Of a stretch of 47,033 bases of DNA, positions 10,726 to 22,300 are shown in pieces. The notes beneath the pieces are model-generated. The model saw nothing but the letters and a program-made list of their open reading frames with translations. It was not told the origin of the DNA and ran no database searches. Every line of letters starts with the position of its first letter. The stretch's first letter is position 1. Made by a program: the position numbers and the translations under genes. The stretch spans positions 316,911 to 363,943 of the forward strand of contig RHPI01000818.1 of NCBI GenBank assembly GCA_009103225.1, read 5' to 3'. The DNA comes from Chlorokybus atmophyticus (lineage: Eukaryota; Plantae; Mesostigma and Chlorokybus algae).

Positions 10726-11231
10726 TTTTCGACTTTCTGCTTGGGCAGGACTTCAACTTCCCTGTGGGCATGGGCCTCTGCTGGACAGAGCGAGCGTGGT
10801 TTCGGCCACATTGGGATGAGGATGACGGAGAGGTACAGGGTTTCCTGCCTCTCGAGTTGGTCTCGCGCACGCGCGCCCAACGCAAAATGGCTGCCATGGC
10901 CACACGCAGACACACCCGCACCCGGAAGGCTGTAATGGCCACATACGACGGCGCTCGGACGCAAGTCGCTGCTGGTGCCACGGCCCCGTGTCGAACCGGC
11001 GACTCCTCTCCCATCCCGTACAACAAGGAGCAGGAGGATGCTACCGTGGAAGTAGCATTACAAGACCCAGCTGAACGGCGCTGGCGCGCACAGGTGGACG
11101 CACACATCTTGCTCATCCATCCACTGATCACCACGCGCTTCCCCAATTACCGAAGCCACGTCAAGGTGCAGGACCACCACATGGTGGCCACCGGAGTGGT
11201 GGAGTTCCACACCTTTCGCAGGCAACAGGGC

Positions 11232-12180
11232 ATCACAGTGTTGGAGCTGTTTGGAGGCATAGGCAGTGGTCTTGCTGCGGTCCTCAACACGGGCGTGAAG
11301 GTTGTCAAATACTATTACTGCGACCCAGACCCACACGCGCAAACGGTCCTCAAACACCACTTACGCCAACTGCACGCCAGGTATCCACGTCAACTACCCC
11401 TCTCGGCGTTGCACGGCAGCCTCAAAGCATTGCCACAGGACGTCCGGCTGATCAACTGAAGATCACCTACTGTCCCTCGGCAACGTCGACCTGTTAATAG
11501 CTGGATGGGAATGCCAAGGGCACTCCAGGGCAGGCAAGGGACAAGGCCTCGAAAACCCTCGCTCCAGGTTGTTTTGGGAGCTGATGAGGATCATCCACCT
11601 CCTTCAACACCACCAGATCTCCAGACCCCTGGGGTACGTCATCGAAAATGTGCATTCAGAGGACGACAAGCGTCCGCACGTGGCCTCCAGCTACCGACGA
11701 GTTTGCTCCATTCTGGGGCACCCACTCAAGGTGAACGCGGCACGACATGGCTCGCGCGCACATCGTGTACGTGCCAAATGGACAAACTTGGCCACCGTGG
11801 AGGAACTCATGACCGCCGAATACACGCGCAGCGCCCGGCCGCGCAACCTGTTGGTCGATGACATCCTTGACCCCGGCCGCACAGCACAACCTGTCCTGCA
11901 TCATGACCACAACCACTTCTACCAGTGCAATCAGCCCGGTCAGCCCCGTCGCGCACTCCCCACATTGGTGTCCTACCCGGGCTCCTACGCGTTTCGGAAT
12001 GGTGGTGACGGGATGGTATTTGATGCGACCACCAACACGCTGGTAGAACCCAACGCACGCGAACGTGAACGCGCCATGGGATTCTGCCCCAACAGCATCA
12101 CGGGTTCATCGCTCACGGACAGTCAGCAATGCCAGCTGCTTGGTCGCGCCATGGACCAGGACAGCATGGTATGGCTGCTG
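11232..12180 (+). other. C5 cytosine DNA methyltransferase domain embedded in pol between PR and RT
   Basis: Motif I VLELFGGIGSG, motif IV LIAGWECQGHSRAG, motif VI YVIENV, motif VIII NAARHGSRAHRVRAKWTN, and motif X ERERAMGF..LLGRAMD. A single-base frameshift occurs at ATCAACTGAAGAT (expected ITED). Confidence 0.88.
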
Positions 12181-15100
12181 GAGCTGAGCTTCGCGTTGCA
12201 GGACCGCCACGTGTCCTTCGAGGATCTCGAACACTTGGCTGGGGGGTGGGCTGATCGCGTAGCCGACACCAAGGCGGCTCACACAGCCCTCGAGGTGGTT
12301 CACATGGAGGAGCAAGCGGCAGTGACAGTGGAGGACATTCCTGTGGTTGCCAATGCAACTTCCTGGGACCATGCCATTGGCCCGTTGGCCACGGAAGACA
12401 CTTGAGAGAAGCTGGAGGCTCTCCTCAACAAATGGAGGAGCCAATTCAGCTTCAATGTGAAGGAATTGGGTACATGTTTTGTGTACCAGATGGACATCGA
12501 GCTGGTGGACACTGAGCCGGTGTTTCGACGACAATACAGGCTCTCCAAGTTGGAAGAAGACTTGGTGGAACAGAGATGTAAGGCGCTGCCGGATGCAGGC
12601 CTTATCGAAGAGTCCACATCGGACTTCGCAGCAGCAACCGTCATGCCCCTGAAGAAGGATTCTGCAGGCAACTGGACAGAGCGACGCATGTGTGGCGACT
12701 ATTGCCCCCTCAACAACAAGACCAAGCAAGATCGGTACCCCATGTCCACAGCAGAGGGTATTTTTGATGATGTGGGAGACCGCACAGTCTTCAGCATCCT
12801 GGACATGCGTCAGGGATACAACCAAATCGCCATCAAGGACGAGGACAAGCACAAGACCTCCTTTTGGGGCAACCGGCAATTGTACCAATGGAAGGTAATG
12901 CCATTCGGGCTGAAGAATGCCTCCGCCAAGTTTCAACGCGTCATGGACAAAGCCTTGAAGGGGCTGGACTGCGCGCGGTGCTACATCGATGACATCCTCA
13001 TCTTCAGCCGCAGCAACGAGGAGCATCTTCAGCACATCGAAGCGGTGCTGGAACGATTCAAGGGAGTGGGGATGACCGTACACCCCGACAAGTGTACCTT
13101 CTTCACCCACAAGGTGCCGTCCTTAGGGCACATGATTGTGCCCTATGGTGTGTATGTGCAGCAGGCAAAAGTAGAGGCTCTGGCAGCTATCCCTGCCCCG
13201 ACAGACCGCACACACCTGCGCGCTTTCTTGGGACTTGCCAACTACTATCGCCGGTTCGTGAAGGACTTCGCGAAGATCGCAAGGCCCCTCAACGAGCTAC
13301 TGAAGAAGGAGGTGGAGTTCGCGTGGAAGGAGCCGCAACAGCAGGCCTTCGAGGAGCTGAAGAGCAGACTCACCAGCGCTCCCATCCTTCAACGTCCGGA
13401 CTACGCCAAGCCTTTCATCCTTCACACCGACTGGAGCAAGCTGGGGATGGGAGCGGTGCTGGTGCAGCACGATGAGAACAAGAAGGAGCGGGTGGTGTCA
13501 TACGCCAGCCGAAGTAACAACAGCGCCGAGGCCAACTACAGCAGCTACGAAGGGGAGTGCCTCGCTGCAGTGTGGGCCATCTCCTTCTTCCGACCTTTCC
13601 TCTTTGGTCGACAGTTCCAACTGATCATCGATCATCAGCCCCTCAAGTGGCTAATGACCAACCAACATCTGACAGGGAAACTTGCTCGATGGGCCCTGCT
13701 GTTACAGGAATACGACTTCGAGATTGACCACCGCGCTGGCCTCACCAACCAAGACGCCGATGGCCTCAGTCGCAACCCTCACCTCAGCACCAACGACGCA
13801 ACCGGAGCGCGGCATGAGCTCATCCCTGCAGCAACAGCCCCCACCATGGCAGCCATGTTTGCTGCTGCCGCGTTGCGCTCATGGCGCAAGACCAACACCA
13901 CGGCCTTAGCAGTGGTAGAGGAGATTCCTGCCCTTGAGTCTACCGACCCTGCGGCAACCACACCCTTGGGAGACGCCCATGCAGCCGACATTGACGTCGA
14001 TGACACAGAGCTGGCGCCCACTGACACCAGGCAGGACATATGGCATGACAAGCCATCACTCTCCTTTCTTCAAAGTGGCCATCTCCCCTCTGGCATGAGC
14101 GCTCGAGAGAAGGACCGGATCAACCAACGCACCCGTCACTATCGATGGGCAGGTGACAAGTTGTATCGCCGCTTCCACGACGAAGACAAGGAAGTGCCGA
14201 CACCAGTCACGCGCGAGGGCATTATCACTTCCCTCCACACTGAGCTTGGACACTTCGGTGTCAAGCGCACAGTCAGCCTAGTGAGGGCACAATATTGGTG
14301 GTATGGATTAACAAAACAGGTGCAAAGGTTCGTCAGCCACTGCCAGCAGTGTGACATGGTGCGCGCCAGCCTCAACACGCGTAGCGCCACCTTGCACCCA
14401 CTCCCCATCTCCGGTCTCTTTTACCGATGGGGACTCGACATCTTGGGGGACTTGGCACCCTCAGCACGTGGCAACCGTTACATCCTGGTCATGATCGAGC
14501 ACTTCTCCAAATGGGTGGAGCTGGTGCCATTACCCGACAAGAGCAGCAGGGGGGTGTCTCAAGCCTTCCTCTCTCACGTTCTCAGCCGCTTTGGCAGCTG
14601 CGCCGAGGTCATCACTGACCAAGGTACTGAGTTCAGAGGGGAATTCGACACCCTCTTGAACAAATGTTACATCGACCACCGCCGTACCTCGCGTGATCAC
14701 CCTCAAGCCGACGGCCTCGCCGAGCGTACGGTACAAACCATCAAGAAGGCACTCCGCAAATACGTGCTGGAGTACGAGAAGGACACTTGGGATGACCACC
14801 TCCCATGGGTGGCCCTTGGATATCGGTTGTCAAAGCAGGCGGCTCTGCGGGAGTACAGCCCGTACTACCTGCTGTTTGGGCGACCACCATTGCTCCCCTT
14901 CCGTGCGCAACAGGAGGTGGATCGCGTCGTGAACAACCTCGACGACCCTAACTGGATGCACCACGACATCACCACGCGCGCCGCACTTTTCGAGCGCACC
15001 GTCCCCATGGCTTTCAACAACCTGCGCATCGCGCAGCATCGCGACACGCTGCGCTACGAGCGCGTACGCAGCGGCTTTTACAAGGAGCGCCAACGGCGAT

Positions 15101-15331
15101 TCCAAGCGGGGGACTTTGCCTATCGCATGGCAGCCACCAAAGACACGCTTGACACCTCCGTAGGCCGCACCGTCTACAAGGTACTCAAAGTGTACCCCAC
15201 AGGGGTGCTGGACCTCCTTGGTCAAAACGGAGAAAGGTTGAAGGACAACATGGTGAACTGTGCGCCATGTCACCTTCCTTACGTAGCCGGCTTCGGGCGT
15301 ATCTAGCACCCTCGTCCTGCGCGCAGCACGG

Positions 15332-15466
15332 TGTGAACACTACGGCAGCGCCGGCGACGACGCACTCATGATGCTTTGCGATGGCTGCAACAAAGGCCTG
15401 CATTGCTACTGCCTGGAGCCACCTTTGGACACGATACCTATGGAAGAATATTGGTGCGACGACTGC
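15332..15466 (+). other. PHD finger C-terminal to the integrase (absent from the ORF track)
   Basis: CEHYGSAGDDALMMLCDGCNKGLHCYCLEPPLDTIPMEEYWCDDC fits C4-H-C3 with the second Cys changed to Tyr. It lies in the +1 frame from pol, with the stop at 15494-15496. Confidence 0.88.
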
Positions 15467-15540
15467 CGTACCAACGGCCCTCCTCACTTGCGCTAGCAGC
15501 TGAGCTCTGGAGCTGGAACCTTCCCCAGAGCCCAGGGGGG

Positions 15541-15785
15541 GTGGCTTGTTGACTTTGTATGCTACAGCACAGCATGTTCTTAGGGAGAACACCGACTCCA
15601 TCTGCCCGTACTACCCAGCAGCAGCACACCAGCTGCACGAAGCACTTGTCACCATGAGGGTGGAGGTCATCTTTCTGTTTTTGCTACGCGTTACACAGGT
15701 GGCGCAGCAGCATGTCCAGCACAGCATGGCTGTGCATGCAGCTGTCCGAGACAGCGTGACCCTCGATTCCCCTCGACCCGACAGC
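15541..15785 (+). repeat. Repeat B1 (245 bp), preceded by a G-rich PPT-like tract (CAGGGGGGG, 15533-15541)
   Basis: Direct repeat of 16376-16627, with 2-3 substitutions and a 7-bp indel. Confidence 0.92.
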
Positions 15786-16390
15786 TGTCATGCCTATCGC
15801 CCAAGCATGCCAGTCGTCATCGGGCATGCCTACAGCGAGACCCTCGCCCGGCTTACCAGCATGGCAACCCGCGCGCGTCTCTGACCAGTAGCTAGGTCAT
15901 GTCTCTAGAGTAGCTCGTGACCATAGCCTACATAGGCACCGCGCGTAGCTGTTCAGTTGTGAGTTCGGTTATAAGTCAGGTTCTATATCGAGTGGGAATT
16001 TCCTGTGAAAATAGCCTCGATATGACCGTTAGCTTATGTTCTGGACAGTCATGAGTTGACTGGTATAAGTAGGCACAGTGTTCACCAGATGAGCTGGTGA
16101 CATTGTAAGTGAGAAAGCTAAGAGCTTGTGAAGCGACTTGAACTACGAACACACCGTCCTGGTTCCCAAAAATCCCCTCACCGTGTGAGAGCCTGTGCAT
16201 GTTCTTGTGCACTGTGCTTGTCCTCGCTGTGAGCTTGGTGTACTTAGTCGCGGTGTGCTTGTTGGCATCAGTCAGGGCATAGCATCCACGTGTTGCTTGC
16301 TCATTCACCTCACTTAACAGTGTAATTTCTCTTCCACTCACGCAAAGAACTGTGTAAACAGCACTACCTATAGTAGTGGCGTGTTGACTT
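15786..16390 (+). repeat. Repeat A2
   Basis: Direct repeat of 5040-5643. Confidence 0.92.
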
Positions 16391-16627
16391 TGTATGCTAC
16401 AGCACAGCATGTTCTTAGGGAGAACACCGACTCCATCTGCCCGTACTACCCAGCAGCAGCACACCAGCTGCACGAAGCACTTGTCACCATGAGGGTGGAG
16501 GTCATCTTTCTGTTTTTGCTACGCGTTACACAGGTGGCGCAGCAGCATGTCCAGCACAGCATGGCTGTCCATGCAGCTGTCCGAGACAGCGTGACCCTCG
16601 ACTCCCCTCGACCCGCCAAGTGACAGC
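16376..16627 (+). repeat. Repeat B2
   Basis: Direct repeat of 15541-15785; ends ...CCAAGTGACAGC. Confidence 0.92.
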
Positions 16628-16739
16628 TGCTCAATATTGTACACGTCTACATGCAAAAGTCTTAGCATACAATTAGCAATGCCTAACTGACTGATATGCT
16701 TTAAACTCAGAGTAGTGAGACAAGTACATGTGCCACGTA

Positions 16740-19340
16740 GCAAGGCAGTGAGCATTCACCCAATACTTGCCCTTTTGTATACGGGCGCTGTCCTTGTTAA
16801 ACATGGAGAGCAGCTAAACAATGCCTTTTACTTGCTCCAGAGTCACGACATCGAGATGTGGACCCCCTCAACGCTTTTCCCATTCCAAAGCAATGCACTT
16901 TGTGTCGGTCGTCACATCCAGCTTCGTATCCTAGCGGACAAACACGACCTCCTTCCACACGTGCTTGCCGCTACCACCCCACACCACTCGCAGAAAAAAG
17001 AGTGCCTGAGCCCACCACGTCACGTTCACACCGTCCTCATCACCTTCCAACTCAAGTGTAGAGAACCAAGACCGCTTAGAGAACATCCCAGTTGCGCGCG
17101 CCATGCCGACTCCTGATGTCATGTACACCGCTGCGCCTTCGTTCACCACGCGAGCAGCACGCCACCCGTTGGCCGACTCCTGTTGTTCCCTCCTCCTCCA
17201 GCTGTCCAAGGTGGCAGGCAGCTTGTCAGCGAATGGAGTTTTCAGGGCAACTTGGCGGCTACGCGCAGAACTGCTCCAGTACGGGCTGGACTCCCTCATT
17301 GTCGGTAAATCCATCCGTAGCAACTTGTCCGTCTTCTCCATTACATTTCAGCACTGCTGCCGCGCCCGCTCTACGACCGGGCGCATTGAGGATCCACAAC
17401 CATGCCATCCTCTCTCACATATTTCGCACAGCTCTATGCCTCTCAGATGCGCGCCTAGTAGTCCCGGTTGTTGCCACCACGCGCCCACTGTTCATATTTT
17501 GGGCGTGCGTCTGCTCCATACGGTTGGCGCTGAACCAATTTGAGTGTCCACTGCTGACAATTGCCGACCCAAACTGAATGAGCTAATGCATCTTCTCGAT
17601 CTTCTACCCTGACTTCTGTGCAGAATATGACGACAATAGCGGATGTAACACTGCCGATATAAAGGCAACCAGCTCGTTGTCGGCTGTGGTCATGGTTTTT
17701 TTTCTGTTCATGCGCCTGAAGCAACTTCATGTTCCACTGGTTGAGCAATGCGGCAGCAATCGTTGAGAAGTTGTTGCCCTTATTGTCGAGCAGCAAACCG
17801 TCTGCAAGGACCGGCAGCAGCTCCTCCACCTGAAAGGAGTGGTCGGACATAATGAAATCTACTGTGCTTGTGGGTGCCTTTAAGTGCAAGACCCGTAGAG
17901 TCGCCTTGCATGCATTTAGCCTGTGCACATCTGCTTGTGAGCACGTATCGTTGTCTTTTGTGTTCAATACAAAGGACACACCAAAGATGTGCCTGGCCTG
18001 CAGAATCTATCTCTTGAATAGACGCATGCGTTCCTTTGCAGCGCCGTACACAGCAGAACACAGGTGGTTAATAATGCCTCCCAGCACATGCATTGCGTCA
18101 GGGGCAAGGCGAGAGTAGCAGTCAGCTCCCGGCACCCGCAGCTGTCTTCAACCCCACAGTGCATTCTGTTGCCAAACCACATTGCCTGGTTACATGGAAA
18201 GCCATTCATCTTTAAGAATGCCGGTAATTCAACCATTACCTCCTCGACATGCATGAAGTGCTTCTCTTTAAAAGTCTTAGCTGTTTGGCGTGCATTCCTA
18301 ACACCGCTATGCAGGGTCGCCCGCATCTGTCGTATTGCTAGTGTGCAAAAAGCCTCGGTCCTCATCCACCTCCAACAGATTTGGACTGGTGACGACAAAC
18401 ATTGCAAGGATGTCGTATTTGGTTGCCTGACACAGTGCGTGCGAGTGTGGCAGTCTCCTGCAGCACGACATACTCAAATGCTTCTTTAGCAACATCCTCC
18501 ATGAGCTGTTTGCCAACAGGCTGAATCCGATCACAACTATGCATGCCCACTACCTGCAAGTCGCTGATGTAGTTGGCAAGTGCTGGAAAACACTCGACGC
18601 TCGATGTCATTTGGGTCAATGAGCTGCAGACCTTCCAAGCTCGCCCGCTTTACATCCCCTAACACTACATTCCAAGCGTCACAAAACATCTCATGTTTTC
18701 GAATTGGAATCGATTCCTTGCCCTGCGCTCAGGTGGGATGCCCAGCCAGTGCGTGAACCACCGGCAGAAGCGCTATTATAACAACCCCCATGTTGCTAGC
18801 ATACATGTCCCAACTGTAGTTGGCAAGCGATGACATTAAAAGGTAGCCAGAGCACATGCCTGCTCTGTCTAGCGTGGTCTTGTCACTGTATAGAATGGCA
18901 AGCGCCAAGTAGGACTCTTCCCCCACCTCTTTCTTCAAATCCACCTCAACATCCTTCCGCCAATCGCCCGTGGAAGGATGGCCAAAGCTGTGCTCGACAC
19001 CATTGTACTAGAGATTGATCCCATTAGCGGCATGTGGACTGCCATACAACCGCGTGAGCCATACCTGCTCCGACCAAGAGCATTAACAGCCATGCTGGCC
19101 TCAAATTATATATTGCATTTCACAGACCTTGGCCGGCATATATGCAACGCTGATGTTCTAATCCTCATGGTCTCGAAGCTTGCGCAGGTCAGTCGTCATG
19201 TACTTTTCATACGGCAGCACACTCGCATGTGTATATGTGACATGGCTCTGATGGTTGAAGCACATGCACCGCACAATATGAACACACCTTAGACTGAGAC
19301 AAGGCAATTGTGGTCTGGAGGTAGCTGGCTGCATGCACAC
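16740..19340 (-). pseudogene. Plavaka-type (CACTA/Mirage-related) transposase, heavily decayed
   Basis: Minus-strand fragments: FGHPSTGDW..DVE, ILYSDKTTLD..G..GY.LM.SLANY..., VIIALLP, ..VFPALANYISD, and C-terminal ARATGMFSKRSWFS..WWAQALFFLRV..EVVFVR, then KYWVNAH. These follow the motif order I recall for Plavaka transposases (TGDWW, SDKT, AAYIAD). Many stops and frameshifts. Confidence 0.68.
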
Positions 19341-22300
19341 CGGTCTTCTACTGGAGCTTTTCTATCAAAAGTGTGCATTTCGGCGGCACTTGATGATCCG
19401 CCCCATGTCGGAGGCCGATAGGCCTTGACCGTTATTGCACTGCACGAATGCCACTGCAAGAGCATGCTCGGAGCCATACCACCTAAATTCCAATGCGTGT
19501 GAAGGGACGCCTCCACTTTCATGTTGGCGTGCCACAGGTGTCTCAGGCACATGCACACATCGAAAGCCCTCGTTCACTTCCTCCTCCTCCTGTTGCTGTT
19601 GTGCGTTTGTCTCCCGAAGAGTCCTTCAGCATCAAGCATGTGCACATCCTGGATTGAACTCCCCAGTTCAACATGACCCGCATCGTATTGTAATGGACGC
19701 TGGCCGACATACAGCTTGATTTACTTGCACACCCAGCTGCTAACAATGTGCATGTAGACCGAGCTGCGTGTGGCGCATGCGGCAATACGAACAAAGGACT
19801 CCCATAGCTCACTACTAACGTCAACACAGGTGTCGCCAATGTAAACTGCATCATATCTAGCAACACGCCCCGCTGCTACCCTTGCATGCCAGAGGCGGGA
19901 CACTTGGCCGCCATCTACTGGCGTGACGGCTCCGTCGTACCATCATTACGGTACGATCAAGCCATTACACGTATAGGGTGAGGTGAGTTTGCAGAAATAT
20001 TCTGATTGAACCGTTTGAATGGTACGAAGATGCCTTTGTTAAAATATGCCATTGAAATGGTACTTTTGTACAATGGCAATGACAGTTCGTACCAATTACA
20101 AGTGCTGGCAATGCCAATTCCTGCGCATGAAAACACTATTTACGGCTTGCCGCTAAGCTATGCACCCTTACAGGGCGGTGATGTCGAGGGTATGTGGCGT
20201 TTGGTGGATCGTTGGCGGCGCTGCCAGGGGCGTAGTGGGCGTTATGGTCGAGGTCCGGGATGAAGGCCATGTTTGCACAGGGCGGGCAAGGTGGCGGTGG
20301 GGTGTCCTTGGTGTCACACCCCACCATGCCTACGAAGGGCACAGCCAATGACAACAGTGACTTGGGCAATATCTGAGAGGGCTCCCCTTCCGAGTGGGGA
20401 AATGCACACCACAATACTGCCTCTATAAACATCCGACCCACCAACAGCTGCGACCACGGTGACACGATTGAAGGGACCAAATAAGACTGGCATGAGTAAG
20501 ATGGGTTACGATGCACTGTCAATGCCACATGCTAGGGTTCTTCTATCTTGCACATGCACAGCCTCAAGTATCTTGCACATAACACACAGTGTCAATACCA
20601 CATGCACACCCTCATGCACAGCCTCCAGTGTCATGCACAAAAATAGCATGACCACTCTCGCAAATGCACAGCCTTTTCTAACTTGCGGGAGCTCACAAGT
20701 CGCTTAAGAGAGGCTGCGGAGTACCACGAACGGGTAATCCACGACCTAGTTTGATGTTTCTAGCGGCAATTAAGCAGTATGCTTGTAGATTGCCATGTTG
20801 GTCAGTGAGAACCAAGAGCAGCGCGGCGGGCTGACTGTCTGCCTGGCGGAGTGCGACAAAGCGAAAGACAAGGTAAGCATGTGCATGCTGATGGGCTGGT
20901 CCTCTGGCAGCACGGCACTCTTATAGCATTACCAAATGCAGGTGGTCACTCTCAAAGCAACCATCAAGCGCATGCGCGTGCACGGCGAGGTGCCGACAAT
21001 CAAGCTAAAGGACGAAGTAGCCGCTGTAATGTTTTCGAGCGAGGCAGCTGATAAAGATGACTCCGATGTTGAAGCAGAAGACTTGTCAGAAGAGGAACAG
21101 GAGGAGGGGGTTAAGGAGGAATTCCGAGGCAGGCACCACTAGTTGACAAGCTGCGTATGAGTGCGACAACTACACTCAATGTTGTAGGTAGTTTGATGCG
21201 CAAGTCAGCTGCTCAGTTGCAAGTGGACATACTCTCACCACTGCCGGTACGTTGAATATATTTGGGGCTTATAGTTGCAAGACCAAGCAATCATCCCAAG
21301 GTTTGTACAGACTGCATGGCATGTTAGTGTTGGCTTACGGAAAAAATTGTCAACTTTTGTCAAACGGTAAGGGTCATATATTAACAGCAGTGTAACGGCA
21401 AGGAAACTGCCAGCTATTGCTGTCAGCTGTCCGTAACTATCGGCTAATGGCCGTCTGTGCACATTGACTGAAGGGTAACAGGTTGACAACTCTCAGCCGG
21501 TCAGTGCCACTGACAACCGCTTTCGGCCCGCGGGCGTCTGCGTTTGTCCACATAAGCCAACGGCAAACCCAATAGTCAAAAAGTATCATGTCAAGAAGCG
21601 GCAGGCAGGCTCAGGCACCCATCAGACCCTCAGTCCTTTTCCAGTAACCATGTAATATTTACAACATTTTTCAACTCGTCTCCATGGATTGCTGTGACAT
21701 TAACCTTGAAAGGAATATGCAGCTGTAAAAGGAATACGTAAGGTAAGAACAAGAAGATTGCATGCGCAGGCAGCACACCGTCTGCTTTCTTCTGACAAGA
21801 AAGCAGACCTAAAAGTCACTCTTCCGCAACAGGCCGACCGAGCTGTCAACTGCATTTGGTTTCCAGGGTTTTGCCAGCTCTGACCAATGAGGCGCATAGC
21901 ACTCAACCACCGCCAACATCAAAGATTGAAGACACTACTAGCGAAAATGATAAGCATAGTTTCACCTGCCACCAGCGCAAAGGTGGGCTTTTTGGAATGT
22001 GTGAGGTACTCGGCAGGATCTTTGGTGCCAGCCAGACTAATGGTTGTGTAAAGTCTTCTTTCGACTCCTCGTCTTCTTTATTTTCCTGCTTCTGGGCGGC
22101 TTGCATGATGTAAAGAGAAGAGAGATTCATGGATGAAGTGCAGTTATAACCATTGTACCATATGCGTCGGTGTGTGTGGTGGTGTGTGGGGGAGGGGGAG
22201 GGGAGGGATGGCTTGCTTACCGTGCTGCTTCGGACAATGTCACGCGCATGACATCATCGGTAGCAAGTTCGCCGCTGTACTTGGGGTTCAATGCGCCAGC

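Larger units (their letters stand above)
7688..15496 (+). pseudogene. pol: Gypsy pol polyprotein: unknown N-terminal region, aspartic protease, DNMT, RT, RNase H, integrase, PHD; interrupted
   Basis: PR: VMLDTGA, plus FFDFLLG once the solo LTR is removed. RT: CYIDDILIFS. RH: ILHTDWS, YEGECLA, IIDHQPL. IN: H..LGH..C..C, WGLDI, ITDQGTEF, GLAER. Lesions: solo LTR at 10257-10725, +1 frameshift at about 11456, TGA at 12403-12405, frameshift at about 15290. Confidence 0.9.
5040..16625 (+). mobile_element. Ty3/Gypsy retrotransposon carrying a C5-DNA methyltransferase and a C-terminal PHD finger; split repeats A1-internal-B1-A2-B2
   Basis: Domain order is gag (two CCHC), PR, DNMT, RT, RH, IN, PHD. 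Outer termini are TGTCA (5040) and TGACA (16621-16625). Repeat A is at 5040-5643 and 15786-16390; repeat B is at 15541-15785 and 16376-16627. No convincing TSD. Confidence 0.85.

Noticed and set aside
12106-15309. Long antisense ORFs (12106-13110, 14830-15309 and others)
   Set aside because: Expected shadows of GC-rich pol codon usage; no recognisable domains.
16361-16381. Helitron or rolling-circle origin suggested by the CACTAC-CTATA-GTAGTG hairpin
   Set aside because: No Rep/HUH or helicase motifs nearby, no CTRR end in Helitron context, and the loop does not match known nonanucleotide origins. It is kept only as part of the PBS-position finding.
5040-16627. Classifying the split-repeat element as DIRS/PAT/Ngaro
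   Set aside because: No tyrosine recombinase motif is visible. The element has an aspartic protease and an HHCC/DDE integrase in Ty3/Gypsy order.
20851-21142. Acidic-tailed ORF fragment
   Set aside because: Too short and low-complexity to assign; possibly part of the decayed DNA transposon, but unsupported.
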